Shown: positions 12,421-25,049, counted from the stretch's first letter. The stretch: DNA of 64,000 bases from Massalongia carnosa (GCA_965645245.1 OZ287071.1:2356001-2420000), one strand, 5' to 3'. The notes: a model not told the origin generated them from the letters alone. Program-made: numbers and translations.

Positions 12421-13363
12421 CCATAACTCGCTATTGAGACTCCAGTTATTTTTTGGGGAATTCTTCACCTGCTGCATTGGGAAGGTTTGCTAGACTTTTC
12501 AAGCTAGGCTCTAACTATATTGTCGAACCCGAAAATCGCCATGAGCTTGCTGTCGACTCTCCAAGAAGACGTCTCTCAGGCGTAATGTCACAGAACAACA
12601 ATATATCATCTGCTGATCATCAGTCTCCTCTCGCTGGATTGTAGGACAATCAAGTCTATGAGCTAGATGGGTACAATGTTGAGAGGTTCGGCCCAAGTCT
12701 CGATAATCAAATGAATAACTATCTACATCGAAGGGCCCGTGGAGCAGGGGAATCGTATGATAGTTATCGACCAGTTGACACAGAAGAGAGTGACCCGCCA
12801 GAAAACGCAATTAATTTTCAAGGCACAATTAACTTTCCTATGGAAGTCAAAAATGAACGATTCGCTTTGGAATTTCTTTTGAATTGAGCAGCCAAAATTA
12901 ATAGAAAGAATTATATGTCATGATTTGAATATGACATGTTGTGTAAATACTTGATATTAGAATTCTTTCGTGTTCGATGTGTTAAGTCGATGTTGTTAGA
13001 ATCCGGACCTAACTCGACATGCTTTGATTTGACATGATTAAGAATGTCGATGCATTTGATCTCTGGGTTAAAGGCAAAATACAGAGTACGTGTTACCAGA
13101 TGCAATGCAAGTTCTGACAAATGATGTCTCATCCACAACCTCCTTTTCTAATTATGCACACTTTCTTTGCATCTTTGTGCATCTGAATGGACTATTTGCC
13201 GCTCCACTCTCCATCATGTAGGAAGATGGACCGTCATGGAGTGATTGCGGCAAGAATGGAAAAATGACACTCTTCCAAAGATTCAACTAGTGTCTAATAT
13301 TCTACTTATTGACGGACCCCCCTTCACGTTTCCCTTCAATCCAAAGAACGTCAACTATTCACA

Positions 13364-13958
13364 ATGGTCTCCATGGGCCACCGTAAGATGACACCCATCA
13401 TTGGGGCGGGTCTTCCTCGAACTGGAACAACGTCGATTGCAGTTGCGCTAGAGATTCTCGGACTTGGACCAGTCCTTCATGGCCGTGAACAGTGAGCGTC
13501 AAATGATACATCCATTCATCCCTTTTCGGAATCCTCAGCCATCACGAGGGTTGAGGGCGCAATTCTCTTTCTTTCATGACAATTGTCAGTTAATGACAAG
13601 GTTGATATCAGACGGTGAACAATCCAAGCATGCGAGATTGCTGCTCGCTAAAGCCCAATGTCCCGATTCAAACGCGGATGAACTGCATCGAATAGGTGGA
13701 GAGTCACTGGCTGAGCTCACCCTTGACTCACCTACCATGGACTTCTACGCGGATTTGAGCGACCTTTATCCAGACGGTGTTGTGCTGCTGTCAGTTCATG
13801 AATCCGACGAGCAATGGTGGCGGTCGTGGGTCGACACGTTGGGAGTTTACTACTGCAACTGGCAAGGGTTATTTTTGCGGGCGCTGATTTGGCCAGTTTG
13901 GAGCTTGGCGGATTCCGTGTGGATGACATCAAGTTTCATCTCAGGTTGGAGAGAATGA
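13364..13958 (+). pseudogene. P-loop sulfotransferase-like (Sulfotransfer_4 type) gene fragment
   Basis: MVSMGHRKMTPIIGAGLPRTGTTSIAVALEILGLGPV at the start; later LDSP..DFYADLSDLYPDGVVLLSVHESDEQWWRSW. Terminates early at 13958. Confidence 0.7.
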
Positions 13959-14480
13959 GTCTGCAACTGCGAAGAGAAGCTTCAAGAAGCTGAATCAAGC
14001 CGCTACCATGTGATGGGGAGTACTTTTATCCATCTTCGGATGTGGTATCTTTGTCACAAGACGACTCCTCGCCAGTTCGACTTTAGGCTTTCGATACATT
14101 TCGTCTTTTCCCACAGGTTATTTATATCGCTAAGAGAAGATTTGAGAGATCTATTCTGATAAGCATTACGATTGATTTATAAAATCGTTTGGAAATTGGA
14201 AAAATCTAAACCTCAATCTAAGGATTGTAAAACGCAAATCTCGATTGTAATGAACAAAGATATAATGGAGGCGGCGCATCAGCAAATCGGGAACCGGCCC
14301 AGCAGGTGAGCAATTGCGCGTACCTCCCAGGGCTAGCTGAGGGCCAGCTCGGGGCTCAAATTATGAAATATAAATTCACTTTGTAGGTATAGTAGCATGA
14401 TTGTCATTGAAGGTAATTATCTATGTGGGCTATCTACCTGCTTTTATAGCAGTCACATAACAGTAATGCTGTAGGCCTCC

Positions 14481-14549
14481 CATAGCTGCCTGTTAGGCAC
14501 CTCCATAGCTGCCTGTTAGGCACCTCTTATAGATGCCTGGCAGGCACCC
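14481..14549. repeat. 23-bp tandem repeat (2 perfect + 1 degenerate copy) with internal inverted repeat
   Basis: CATAGCTGCCTGTTAGGCACCTC at 14481-14503 and 14504-14526, third copy diverged. Each unit contains TGCCT-gtt-AGGCA. Confidence 0.85.
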
Positions 14550-14822
14550 GTGGGACTCACGATGGATGCCTATATTGATGGTAGCCTAACCATCTAACCG
14601 ATGCCATTTAACACAAATTGCGCTCGGAGCATGTTCGGTGCGCCCCTAGCTATCCGGGGGCTTGCTGAGCTGTCTGAGCTGTTTAAGACAAATCACGACA
14701 TCTGTATAAAGCGCAAGGCGCCTAGACTTTCAACCGAGGAAAGAACCAATGGAAAGCAGGAGAAGGAGTAGAAGGAGCAGAATCGAGCGTAGGATGAGGG
14801 CACGAAAATCCAATGTGGGATA

Positions 14823-17375
14823 ATCGTCGGCTCGTTTAGCTCCGTTGGATCCGACTAAAAGGCGTTCGCCTTTTAGTCGGGGAAAGCGAAGCATCCCGGC
14901 AAACGATGCATCCTGCCAAAATCAGAAAATTTTCAACTTTTTCAACTTTTCTTAGCAACCACCTTGATTTATTGATTCTAAATTTCGAAAATTGATACGT
15001 ATAACCCTTGCAGCATTTATTCGGTAAAATAACTTCTCAATTACCTCATTTGCAGCACTGTATCGCCTCCGTCGCATTTCCAGCATTTAACCTTCGTCGC
15101 ATTTTCAGTCTGCCAAACCAACCATGGATCGTTCCAACGCCGCCCCCCTCACCCCCCTCACCTCATTGGAAGAGGCGAAGCAATTTTTGGAGGAACATCC
15201 ATCCGAAAGCAAGACCACGGCAGCGATAATTTTTGGCCTCAACGTCAAAACATTGACGGCCTCTATTCGACGGAATTCTAGAACGAAAAAGGGAGGACAA
15301 AATCGAATGATGAAGGATCATGAAATAAGAGCTCTTGATCAATTTATTCGATCTTTATTAGCACATGGAATTCCGCCTACACATCAGATTGTTTTCAATG
15401 CAATTGGAAGTCTGAAGAGAGCTCATGATCCTGCCTTCGTAGGTCCATCTCAAAGATAGTTTCGGAGTTGGTGGAATAGTAGCGGTCTTCATAAAATAAA
15501 GACAAAACCATTGCCAATGACACGTTTTGAAGCAGCCCACGAATCAGGTTTGATGCAATGGTTTGAAAATTATAAGCTTGTTTTAGAAGAATTGGAAATT
15601 CGTCATCGACGAAACATTCTGAATTTCGATGAGGCGGGGTTTCGTATCGGCTGCATGAAGGGGCAGGAAGTTCTGCTTCCCCCAGATATCAGACAATTTT
15701 ATGCTGTTAGCCCGGAAAACCGCAGATCTGCGACCATCATGGAGACAATAAATGCCGCCGGCGATTTCCCCCCCCCTCCCATGATTATCATACAAGGGCA
15801 TGACATCATGGCTACCTGGTTTTCAGAAGATTTGCCGCAGGGCACACGTATCGTACCTTCGAACAGTGGTTTTACATCTGATAAGATAGGGATTGAATAT
15901 CTGCAGCATCTCATCAAGCACACAGATTGCGGACCTGATGCGGATTGGAAATTGCTGCTGATGGATAAGCATGGCAGTCATATAACTCCTGAATTTGTCA
16001 AATTGGCTAATGAGAATCGGATTCGTCCCTTTCCATTTATTCCGCATTTGACTCATTGCATGCAACCATTGGATGTAGGCGTATTTCAGCCTTATAAACA
16101 TTGGCATGACAAAGCTATTTCGGAATTTGTTGCGAAGTCATTTATTGATTATTCTTTGACTCAATTTCTGCAAGATCTCGGCAAAATCAGAAATCAGACA
16201 TTCAAGCCTTCTACAATTCGACATGCTTTTGAAAAGTCGGGAATGTGGCCTATTAATCCGAAGCAATGCGTCAAACTTTTGAAAGTTTTCAATCCTGACT
16301 CTGATCTAGTCAAGACTGATCCTAAGTTGCCACTGCTACCTCGTCGAACTCATCCTCAGGAAATAGCTGATATAGAGTATGGTTTTCAGGAATGGGGTCC
16401 TAAAATTCAGAAATTCATGCAATGGAGCGATCCTGTCCGTGCTGAGGAATTTAATTCCTTCGTCACCAACACTAGCGAAGTCGTTTCGAAATCGATTCTC
16501 AAAGAGGCAGAACTGACAATGTGGCAAAAGACAAGAATGCAACAGTTGCATGGTCGGAAACTATCTCGCAAGCGATTGAAGCCCGAAACAGGAAAATTGG
16601 GACTTACAAAGGAAGATGCGGATGAAGCTATAGCCATAAAAACTCGACAGCAAGAGGAGGCTGAGAAGAAACGGGCGGACAATAACTTCATGAGATTATG
16701 GCGAGGTGAAAGAGACGACATTCATGTCAAGGGGGTTGCTGCTCGAAAGGCAGAAAGAGATCGCGTCAAAAGACTGAAAGAAATGCAGAAAGGATTCGGT
16801 GCCATTCCAGCTGAGATGTATGAGGCAATTCCTGACCCCGAAGCATTATGGAAGGCGACGAATCATGTGTGGATAGCTGAGGAGGCGAAAAAGGAAGCCA
16901 GGAAGAATCCACGTGCCAGTGCCAATGCCAACTATGAAGAAGACGTCACGTTTATTGTAGATGAGGCTGGGACTAGAAATGAAGATATTCCGGACATTCC
17001 AGAAGAAGAAGCATGGCTGCATGATGATTTCGTATCTTTCGATCTAGGTTTCGAACCGGGAGATGCTTGGGATGGGGAAGATGCGGGGTATGCGGGGTAT
17101 GCGGAAGATCAGAATGATCAGAATAGTCAGGGGGATCAGGGGGGTCAGGGGGGTCAGGGGGATGATTTTAATCACGGCTTTGATGATGACGATGCCTTTC
17201 GAGCTTTTCATGAAATTTAGAATCAATAAATCAAGGTGGTTGCTGAGAAAAGTTGAAAAAGTTGAAAATTTTCTGATTTTGGCAGGATGCATCGCTTGCC
17301 GGGATGCTTCGCTTTCCCCGACTAAAAGGCGAACGCCTTTTAGTCGGATCCAACGGAGCTAAACGAGCCGACGAT
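14823..17375 (+). mobile_element. Fot1/pogo-like DDE DNA transposon with 164-bp TIRs, 2553 bp
   Basis: TA at 14821-14822 and 17376-17377. TIRs 14823-14986 and 17212-17375 are reverse complements with 2 transition mismatches. Confidence 0.96.
15124..17220 (+). pseudogene. Fot1-like transposase with a single premature stop
   Basis: ORFs 15124-15459 (HTH region) and 15511-17220 are in the same frame, separated by TAG 15457-15459 in PSQR*FRSWW (likely TGG). DDE motifs NFDEAG, LLLMDKHGSH and QPLDVG. Confidence 0.92.
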
Positions 17376-18165
17376 TAGAAGCCGCTAACAAAACGGGCGT
17401 TTTGGAAAGCGGGAAAACGAGCTTGAGTTCATCTGAGAGCTCTGTTACGATTCTTGCAAAAGTCATCTATCGAAGACAGTTTCCGTTCACCCTTGACATT
17501 TCAAGCTGCCTTTATCTGATCGTCATCATTCTCTTCTGCGACGTGTTTTTGCTTACCAGTAGTTTCAGCTAATGCTGAGGGTATATACTAAATACGACGT
17601 CCAGCGATACCACGACAAGGCTCTGCCTATAGTACATCTCTCTCTTTCCTTCTTTTGGATAACTAGTTCAAAACGCGCATGAAAGACCGAAATAAGCAAG
17701 TGACCAATGAATCCTCCTAAACGACCCCAATCCGTTGGTTTTCGCCGGGCCTTGGCCGAATCCGTACTGAACTCGACATCATTCTATCGAATCTGGAAAT
17801 CCGATTTAAGAGTGACTAGTAGGCATGCCTTTCCACTCCTAATCCTTACGCGAAAATGTGCAGAAATATTAAGCTAAAGATCAGCCATAAAGCATGCCAT
17901 CTTCGTAGGGTGAAAATGTTCTTGCTTGGAGATGAATCTTGCTGTGGCTTCAAGCGTCTTTCTAACTCGAACGATTCCTTTATATTTGTGCATGTCTCCT
18001 GTACAAGTATATAGATATCTGTTTGGATTTAAGGGCTTGCAGTTGCTTCGGGACAAACTCCATTACTCGATCAATCCGAACAGAATATAGAGAAAATCGA
18101 AATAAACAGCTTCTGAGCAATCTTCTCGCTCCTCACGGAGGAAATAACTCGACGCTGTCATCAGA

Positions 18166-20169
18166 ATGTTATACTCGAGAATTCTTTTGAAGCCAGTTAC
18201 CGTCATCTATCTATTTCGATTAAGCGTTGTGCTTGGTCACTACGATGGGACTGTCTGTTGCAACCTTGCGCTGAAAGAAGGGGCTTTCCGGAAGACCTCA
18301 ACTCCACCTGAGGCTTACGTCTGCGGCCAGAAGTACGACATATCAATCCCACCCGCTCCGGAACTGCTGATCAACTACACCTATTGTAGCCATCATTGTC
18401 CTGGCTTTGGATTATCCCACGGTCAAACAACGAGCGAGTGGGCTGCTCCACTGGTCCAATTCATACTGCCCTCGGTTATCTTCAGCATGGTCGTACCACG
18501 CCAGCAAAAGATTGAACTCGGCACGCGACTCCGGATTGACGACTGGGCCAAGAAAAGGCTACAATGGATCTACTATCCAATCATGCTGCCATTATCAATG
18601 TTCGTGTCGTTTGTCTTACGTCCGTTGGTTGCCATTATCGATAACGCAATCTGGATTGTAATGATATTCGTCGGAGCAGGAAGCATGCTGATAGGAGGAT
18701 TACACGAAGCCCTCTTGGACTATAGGATTGTTCACTACATTCGAGCAGAACCGACAATAACTGCTCGACATAAGGTAGAGCTCTTACTTACGCTAGTTTC
18801 AGGAAACTTGATGCGCGATATTGGAAACCCCCAAGCAGAGATATACGATAATCTCGCTACATCCGTGGACGCTACCGAACGCGACGAGCAAATCTCTACG
18901 CGCCTACTCTCTATGATGTGGTCTCAACCTAGTTTTGGGTCCACTATTGGGGCTCCGGTGCTTTTCTACCTGGGTGCGTTTGTCTACACCATTCTTGATC
19001 TTCTAGCCGTGCGGAGTAATCAAGATGCAGCAATTTCTTTGGCTTTTGGCGTAGAGTGGATGGTTATTGTGCACGTCGCCATTATCAGTGGCTGTCTTCT
19101 TGCAAGCAATAACCCTAGCACATCTACCGCGATCGTGGGACTTGCTCCTGATGATACAACACCTCTTCCATATAGAGCACCCACCATACCCCGTCGGGTT
19201 GGAGCGTCACAATCAATTTTCTCAAGAGTCAAGTTACGGCTTGGCTTTAGTCGCACGGAAAAGAGAATCCGAAAACTGCCAGCTTTCGCTCATGTTTACG
19301 AGACAAGATTTCAGCCGGTCTGGCTCTGGAGCCGAGGACGGAACAAAATGGCTTGGATTGAAAATACCGATGCATTTCGTCAAAATTCGTCCGTGAAAAA
19401 GCGAATGAAAGTTAGTATTCTGGACTGGCTTCTGTTTATTATCCTACCGACCTTGGTTCTCATCGTCGTACCCCCTCTTGCAGGAGCAGCTGTGGCATAC
19501 GGGACTCCCCCTGTCGGGTTTGGATGTAGGTCGTTGAGTTTTGTATGCTACGCAGGTGCGCAAGTCATTCTCATGGCCATGTTTCTTCTGAGACAAGGAT
19601 CTGAAGTTAGTAAAACCTGGGAAAACCATCCACGATTAAGGAAAGCCGTTGGCCGCACCGCCAATTGCATTACCGTAATTGCCTTATTTGTATCTATTTT
19701 CACAGCTATAGGGGGTACATGGATGCAAATAATGGGTGTCTATCGAAATTGCTTCTGTTACGTCAACTCACAATATTGGCTGAACCTGGATTCGTCTCCG
19801 GGGATTTCTGTCGCTACCGACACAGAGCAACAAAGAGAGTCGAGTCTAAACTGGATCATTATGGGCTCCGTTGCCACGGGTTTTATGGCAATCACGACTT
19901 ATTTTGGATGGTGGTATCAGCGCCTGATACAAACGAAATTCGCGGAAGGAATTGAATCTATATCAAATCTCCGTGCTGATCCGGTGGATCCTGTATTTAA
20001 CGCTAACAATAGCGATGACCAAACGCCTGATTACCAACCCAGCGACCCCTTGCTCTCCCATAACGGTGAATCTCCAGGAAATAACGCCCGCAATTGGAGC
20101 TTTTATCCAACATCGTCCGACTCTACGAATATTCCATCCCGCAAGGCATACACGTGGAGTCACTCTTAA
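18166..20169 (+). CDS. uncharacterised multi-pass membrane protein (667 aa) with probable signal peptide and Cys-rich N-terminal ectodomain
   Basis: Long intronless ORF, hydrophobic N-terminus, Cys cluster (CC...C...C..HC), roughly 8-10 hydrophobic segments, GFGCRS and GVYRNCFC motifs, polar C-terminal tail. Confidence 0.85.
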   Translation: MLYSRILLKPVTVIYLFRLSVVLGHYDGTVCCNLALKEGAFRKTSTPPEAYVCGQKYDISIPPAPELLINYTYCSHHCPGFGLSHGQTTSEWAAPLVQFILPSVIFSMVVPRQQKIELGTRLRIDDWAKKRLQWIYYPIMLPLSMFVSFVLRPLVAIIDNAIWIVMIFVGAGSMLIGGLHEALLDYRIVHYIRAEPTITARHKVELLLTLVSGNLMRDIGNPQAEIYDNLATSVDATERDEQISTRLLSMMWSQPSFGSTIGAPVLFYLGAFVYTILDLLAVRSNQDAAISLAFGVEWMVIVHVAIISGCLLASNNPSTSTAIVGLAPDDTTPLPYRAPTIPRRVGASQSIFSRVKLRLGFSRTEKRIRKLPAFAHVYETRFQPVWLWSRGRNKMAWIENTDAFRQNSSVKKRMKVSILDWLLFIILPTLVLIVVPPLAGAAVAYGTPPVGFGCRSLSFVCYAGAQVILMAMFLLRQGSEVSKTWENHPRLRKAVGRTANCITVIALFVSIFTAIGGTWMQIMGVYRNCFCYVNSQYWLNLDSSPGISVATDTEQQRESSLNWIIMGSVATGFMAITTYFGWWYQRLIQTKFAEGIESISNLRADPVDPVFNANNSDDQTPDYQPSDPLLSHNGESPGNNARNWSFYPTSSDSTNIPSRKAYTWSHS

Positions 20170-20562
20170 CAACTAACTGTCCATGAGTCTGAGCCAGGCG
20201 GAGGGCTGGAACTCGATGATTACGCCGGCATGTCCTCCAAGGGGGTGTGGTTAGGTGGCGCGGATCGTTAATTCGTGTCCACGGCTGTTGATCCGAGATT
20301 GGGTACTCGGCGACAACGAACGTATGTAATAAAGGCCCTGTTCTCGTCAACACCGACAGGCTTGAATTTCAGTGAATTATGATATATAGAAGTGCATTAC
20401 AATTCCTAGGGTTCTTTTCGTGACGGCACATGAATATTATATCATCATCGGCAAATCGGGAATCGGTCTTGCAGGAGATCAATTGCGAATAGCTTTCGGT
20501 GCGAGTTTTCGGGCTCAAACTGCGCAATAATATATGAAGAAACGTAATAATAATATAACATA

Positions 20563-20624
20563 TTTTCATTTTTCATTTTTCATTTTTCATTTTTCATTTT
20601 TCATTTTTCATTTTTCATTTTTCA
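20563..20624. repeat. (TTTTTCA)n tandem repeat, ~9 copies
   Basis: Directly visible 7-mer array. Confidence 0.95.
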
Positions 20625-20738
20625 GTTGATTTTTAACCGGTTCGCGTAGATGATACATATCAAATTTGTAAGTCCCAATTTCATACAACTAAACTTGGGG
20701 TTTAAATGAGTTCTCGTTCAAGATCTCGCGGGAAATCT

Positions 20739-21837
20739 TCACGGCCAACGCATAAATCGTCGCCTGCGGAATGATCTAGGAGTAGAAACGGGAAAACGCT
20801 CCAGTCCACAATCCGCAGCCGCTTGCGTCCCGAAGACCCGCGCTGAGCTATCAACGACCGCCATGGAGTCGCCGGATCTCCCCATTGTGCACGTCGCGCT
20901 CGCATGCCAGGCAGGGGCTACGTTGTTACGGATGAAACTGAGGATCTCGGCGTCACTGTTCGCGGAAGGTCCCGGGTATTTGCTCCAGGCCAACGGTGAT
21001 GTTGTAGCCGCTCAGGATGCTCCAGATGTGGCGTTGGTGCCTGAACGCGGCAATCGCCAGCTCACAACGTCTGCCTGGTCTGTGATCCAGTTGGGATTGA
21101 TGAGTGGGGCGTCGCGCATGCTGCTGCTGCTGCGGATAGGGGATGTTGCCACGGCTTAGAGGAGCGACTAGCGTAGTCGCCATGATGGCGTGGTTGTATC
21201 CATCTCGAGGATCGGACGTTTGATGATTCGCTTGAGAGCTAAGGAAAGCCGATCACCGGTAGCCACTCGGCCTCCAGCCAGTCGGTCGGGAAGTTGGTTA
21301 GCTTGTGAAGGGTGGAAGCGGAAAACTGGCGACGCTACGAGTCGGGGAGTTTCTCCTAGCTAAATACGCCACTGGAAGAGGTGGAAAGAAGCTCGGTTGC
21401 ATTTTGCAGGTAAGACTGCACAGCTGCATCGCGTAGCTCGGGATAACTCTGCAATACTGACGAGGTAGGCATGCTGACCCGAAACGTGGAACCAAAGGAG
21501 CCTTGATCACACAAATTTTGGCCCACCCAAGGAAGTTTATGTACTATTAGAATATCAAGGCTCTTCAAAAGGGCTTTATGGCCAACGCTGGACACCATCA
21601 GCGGTTCTGGTGATTGAAACTCACCGGCCGAGACAATAAATTCTTTCCTTGCGCTCAGAATATATTCGAGGCTATCTTAACTTTGACTTCCTTGCGTGGA
21701 TACGATCAATCCTACCGCAGATTTATATTGGTCAAAAATGTTTCTTTTTCCCCCCAGCGTTTGCTTGTCGATCTGCAAACGTGGTGTGCGCAGGAGCGGA
21801 TCGAAGAAAACTCGACTCCAACGACGAAATGGTGGCA
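20739..21837 (-). pseudogene. GMC oxidoreductase (choline dehydrogenase-like), C-terminal part, frameshifted
   Basis: Minus-strand remnants SLESSFL, LSARKEFIVSAGEFQSPEPLMVSSVG, LPWVGQNLCDQ, LVAPLSRGNI and WHASATCTMGRSGDSMAVVDSSARVFG...LRIVDWSVFP. Confidence 0.88.
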
Positions 21838-21850
21838 CAGCGCTTTAGAG

Positions 21851-22184
21851 AGGCTCACGGTGGGCTCTCTCAGCAAGTGGGCCGCCGAGGTTGGGGATTC
21901 GGGCTACACATTCGACAACTTGCTCCCAGACTTCAAACGAAGCGTGCACTACGCCCCGCCATACAAGAATCGATTTCTCAACAGCTCGATAGAACAGGAT
22001 CCATCAGCCTTCAGTGACGGTGGCGGCCTGTTGTAGGTTTCGTTTGGTAATTATGCTGATGCCTTCGCTAAATGGGCACAGTTAGCTTTCAAAGCCGCCG
22101 AATTGTCAGCAATTGATGAATTTTAATAGCTGTAACTTGGTCGGATCGGTTTATGCCAGCTACACCATTGATCCTACTAATGCC
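21851..22184 (+). pseudogene. GMC oxidoreductase, internal segment in inverted orientation
   Basis: Plus-strand RLTVGSLSKWAAEVGDSGYTFDNLLPDFKRSVHYAPP...GGLL*VSFGNY...YTIDPTNA, the segment that normally precedes the SSSESSFL motif. Confidence 0.8.
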
Positions 22185-22259
22185 CCAAGGTTTTAATGTT
22201 TAGCTAGTCCAGGGGCCCTGCTTGTTCCCTGAATCCACGACACCTTGTATGACTTTCAC

Positions 22260-23728
22260 GATCTTTATTGATTTCATCCAGGGATAGGGCTCAACGCTCC
22301 TAGACTCAATTAATTCTGTATGAGAACCCCCATACCTGTCTCTTCGTGATAGACATGAGCGGCCTTCCCAAACCATTCGGCAGCGAAGTTATCTAAATTA
22401 AATAGTAAGGGTGAATGGCCTTAAAGCGCCTCCACTTCATCTCGCGCCTTATCCTTCCGGGACTTATTGCCAAGCACCATGTAGATCATCGCAACTGCGT
22501 ATGCTTTGTAATGCAATGCTTGCGGATTATTGAAAGCTCCGCCATCATTGGACTCCGATAAGCGTCCTGTTTGACGTATAATAGTGGACGTTGAGTATTT
22601 TCGTTTAAACGTACTATACCATTCGGCCAACTTGCCCAAATCGTCATGCCTAGTAACATTCAAGACCTTCTGCATCGTGTATTGCACCGATGGCAAATCG
22701 GACTGAAGGTCGCCTTGAATGCGCTCCGGACGTGTCAACCCTTTTTCAGCATCTGCACGGTTTGACATGATCTCTAGCTTATCAAGCATGGTGGAAAGAA
22801 CGCGCGACTCTGACGCTAGATCATGATTACGGGTGGCTATCGCGTCAGCTTTTCGGAATTGCTGAAGGCTATCCGTACCAGTGTGATTGTTTAGGTATGT
22901 TAAGGCGACCATTTGCTCAATGTGTTCTCGCAGAAAATAGTTATCGTTGCTGGACTTGGAAGCCTCTTCGCCATCTCGACCGTGCTGCTCGCTTTATCAA
23001 AAATTTCCTTTGATCCAAAGTACTGGCTGAGCGCCATGTTTGTAGCAAAGTGTGCGAACACTATGACTGGTGGCTGTCTGTCGTGATTGGCAATGTCTTA
23101 AGTAGCTGTCTATACAGCTTGAGCGCGATACCTTGGGCCACGACCGAGGCTATGATCTTGACAAAGATTTTGGCAGGAATCCAGAGTCTACGCGTCTCGA
23201 GTTCCTCAAGCCAGAGCTCAGATGCAGCCCATGGATGGCTTGTCTCAATGGCACGACTTGCGTAACTTCTTGGGAGCTGCCGGTTGTCATCCACGACCCA
23301 GTTGCTGTGTACAAGGGCATACTTCACAATCCGGATGTAAAGTTCCACGGTATCAACTTGAATTGTATATCAGTCTTTCTATAATGTGGTGGACCATGGG
23401 CTAGCTCACCTGGTAAATCGAGCATTGATCCCATTGTGCTTGCACAAGCATGGATGCCCTTGAAAGTCTTAGCGGCATCAAGCAGCTCTAGGAGCGCGCC
23501 ACTGACATATATATTCGCTAGCTGTCTCATTAGATTTATGAAACTCAGTTGATCTCTATCCGGATCAAACCCGGGCGGCAACTTCTTGAGAAGCTTGCTC
23601 AAGGAGCCAAATCTGCCCTGAATGAGAAGTGCATCAGCACACTCAAGGAATACCGGCGCAAAGCGCAAGTGTTGAGTCAGGCTCTGCGAAAAGTATTGGT
23701 TAGCCTGATCGAACCTGCCCACCCTCAC
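22260..23728 (-). pseudogene. alpha-helical TPR-like protein gene, fragmented and truncated
   Basis: Consecutive minus-strand ORF pieces (23324-23728, 23061-23348, 22421-22912) with TPR-like segments (GRFDQANQYF, LECADALLIQGRFGSLS, FAAEWFGKAAHVY). No recognisable C-terminal domain before the GMC relic. Confidence 0.45.
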
Positions 23729-24164
23729 GAGGCTGACGTAGTATTCTAGATCACGAAGGGGGTGGAACCCAGCAAGAACTAGTACTAGTCAGCGTATCTG
23801 CCCCAGAAATTCATTGTTCATTGATATTTGCAAGTAAATTGTGTAAAAGTAAAGTAGAGAGTTCTGAGACAAGCAATGGGGTTTCTAAAATCGGAGCACC
23901 GCCAGCCCTCTCCATCTTGATCGCCATGTGACAACACAGCACAGTATAGCTGACAGTTTTGTGGTTCATGGACATCTCATGCATACTGAAAGCCACATCG
24001 AATACTAGGCTCGCTAGTCAACAGCGAACACGATACAGATGTGATCAGGCTACAGGCAAAAACAGGTTCGACGAAATCATTCTAGATCTTTAATTCAGGC
24101 TCGACAAACCAGACTAGCGCCTTAAAATCGCTTACGATTCCTTTTGAGAACATCTCCACGAAAT

Positions 24165-25049
24165 ATGGAATAAATCCGTGTCGAGGTCAGCGTTCCGGTG
24201 CTACCTCTCTTCGGGAGCTAACATCAAAGAGCTTCGCCATGGAGACAAATACCGCTCCATCGCACAAGATCCTTTAGATGTGTCCAGCCGGAGTCTAGGC
24301 TCGCATCGACCAGAACTCGATAAGATTGCCGCCTTTCGCGAGGCTGCGGTGAGTTGCACATTTAGCAAGATTGATTGGGGCCACTTCGACAACAAAGAGG
24401 CATGCATGATATACCTTGATATATCGGTCAAGTAGAGCAAGAGCTACCTCCCGGACTACGCTTAGCTCGACCTTCGTGGTCCAAAAAATTTTTCCGACAG
24501 GCGCTGAACGCACTTTTTCTTCCACTCCGCTACCAAGGATCTCAAGCACGTTTGGGCCAAAAGAGCCTTCCCTGGAGTAACAGCGCCTTCCAGTGCCACA
24601 TAGTACCGAATCCAATATGCAAATGCAGATACCGACGCCTATTGGTCAAGTCGGGACACCAGGGTGGAAGAGACAGGAGTCTTGAACAGGCGAACATCTT
24701 TGGAGAGTTACAATGGCCACGGAGCCCGCTGCTGGAGACAGGGAGCAAAGGATTCTTCGATGCCGAATGCAAGGCAATACCCACACACAGATCTCCTTTC
24801 CAGACAGATTTCGTATCGGGTCTGTCGTCAAGCATCATGGCAACCCTTTTATCATACGATTCGGTCTTCAAGGAAGTGTCGTTGGGCTCTCTAGCGTGTT
24901 TGTGCGTTGGGAAATGCTTTCATGTTTGGTGGGAGCCGGAAATTTTCAAAACTAGATTACGCTTTAATCCCAGAAAATTCTTCTGCACCGCTCACCATCA
25001 CTTAACTCAACGAGTTCCTCAAGGAAATCAGCAATCAACTCTCGAATGA
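24165..25049 (+). pseudogene. degraded hypothetical gene
   Basis: Protein-like fragments across frames (AAVSCTFSKIDWGHFDNKEACMIYLDI, FGPKSLPG) with stops and frameshifts. Family not recognised. Confidence 0.3.

Noticed and set aside
14481..14549. Palindromic direct repeats as a CRISPR-like array
   Set aside because: No spacers, only three units, eukaryotic context and no cas genes.
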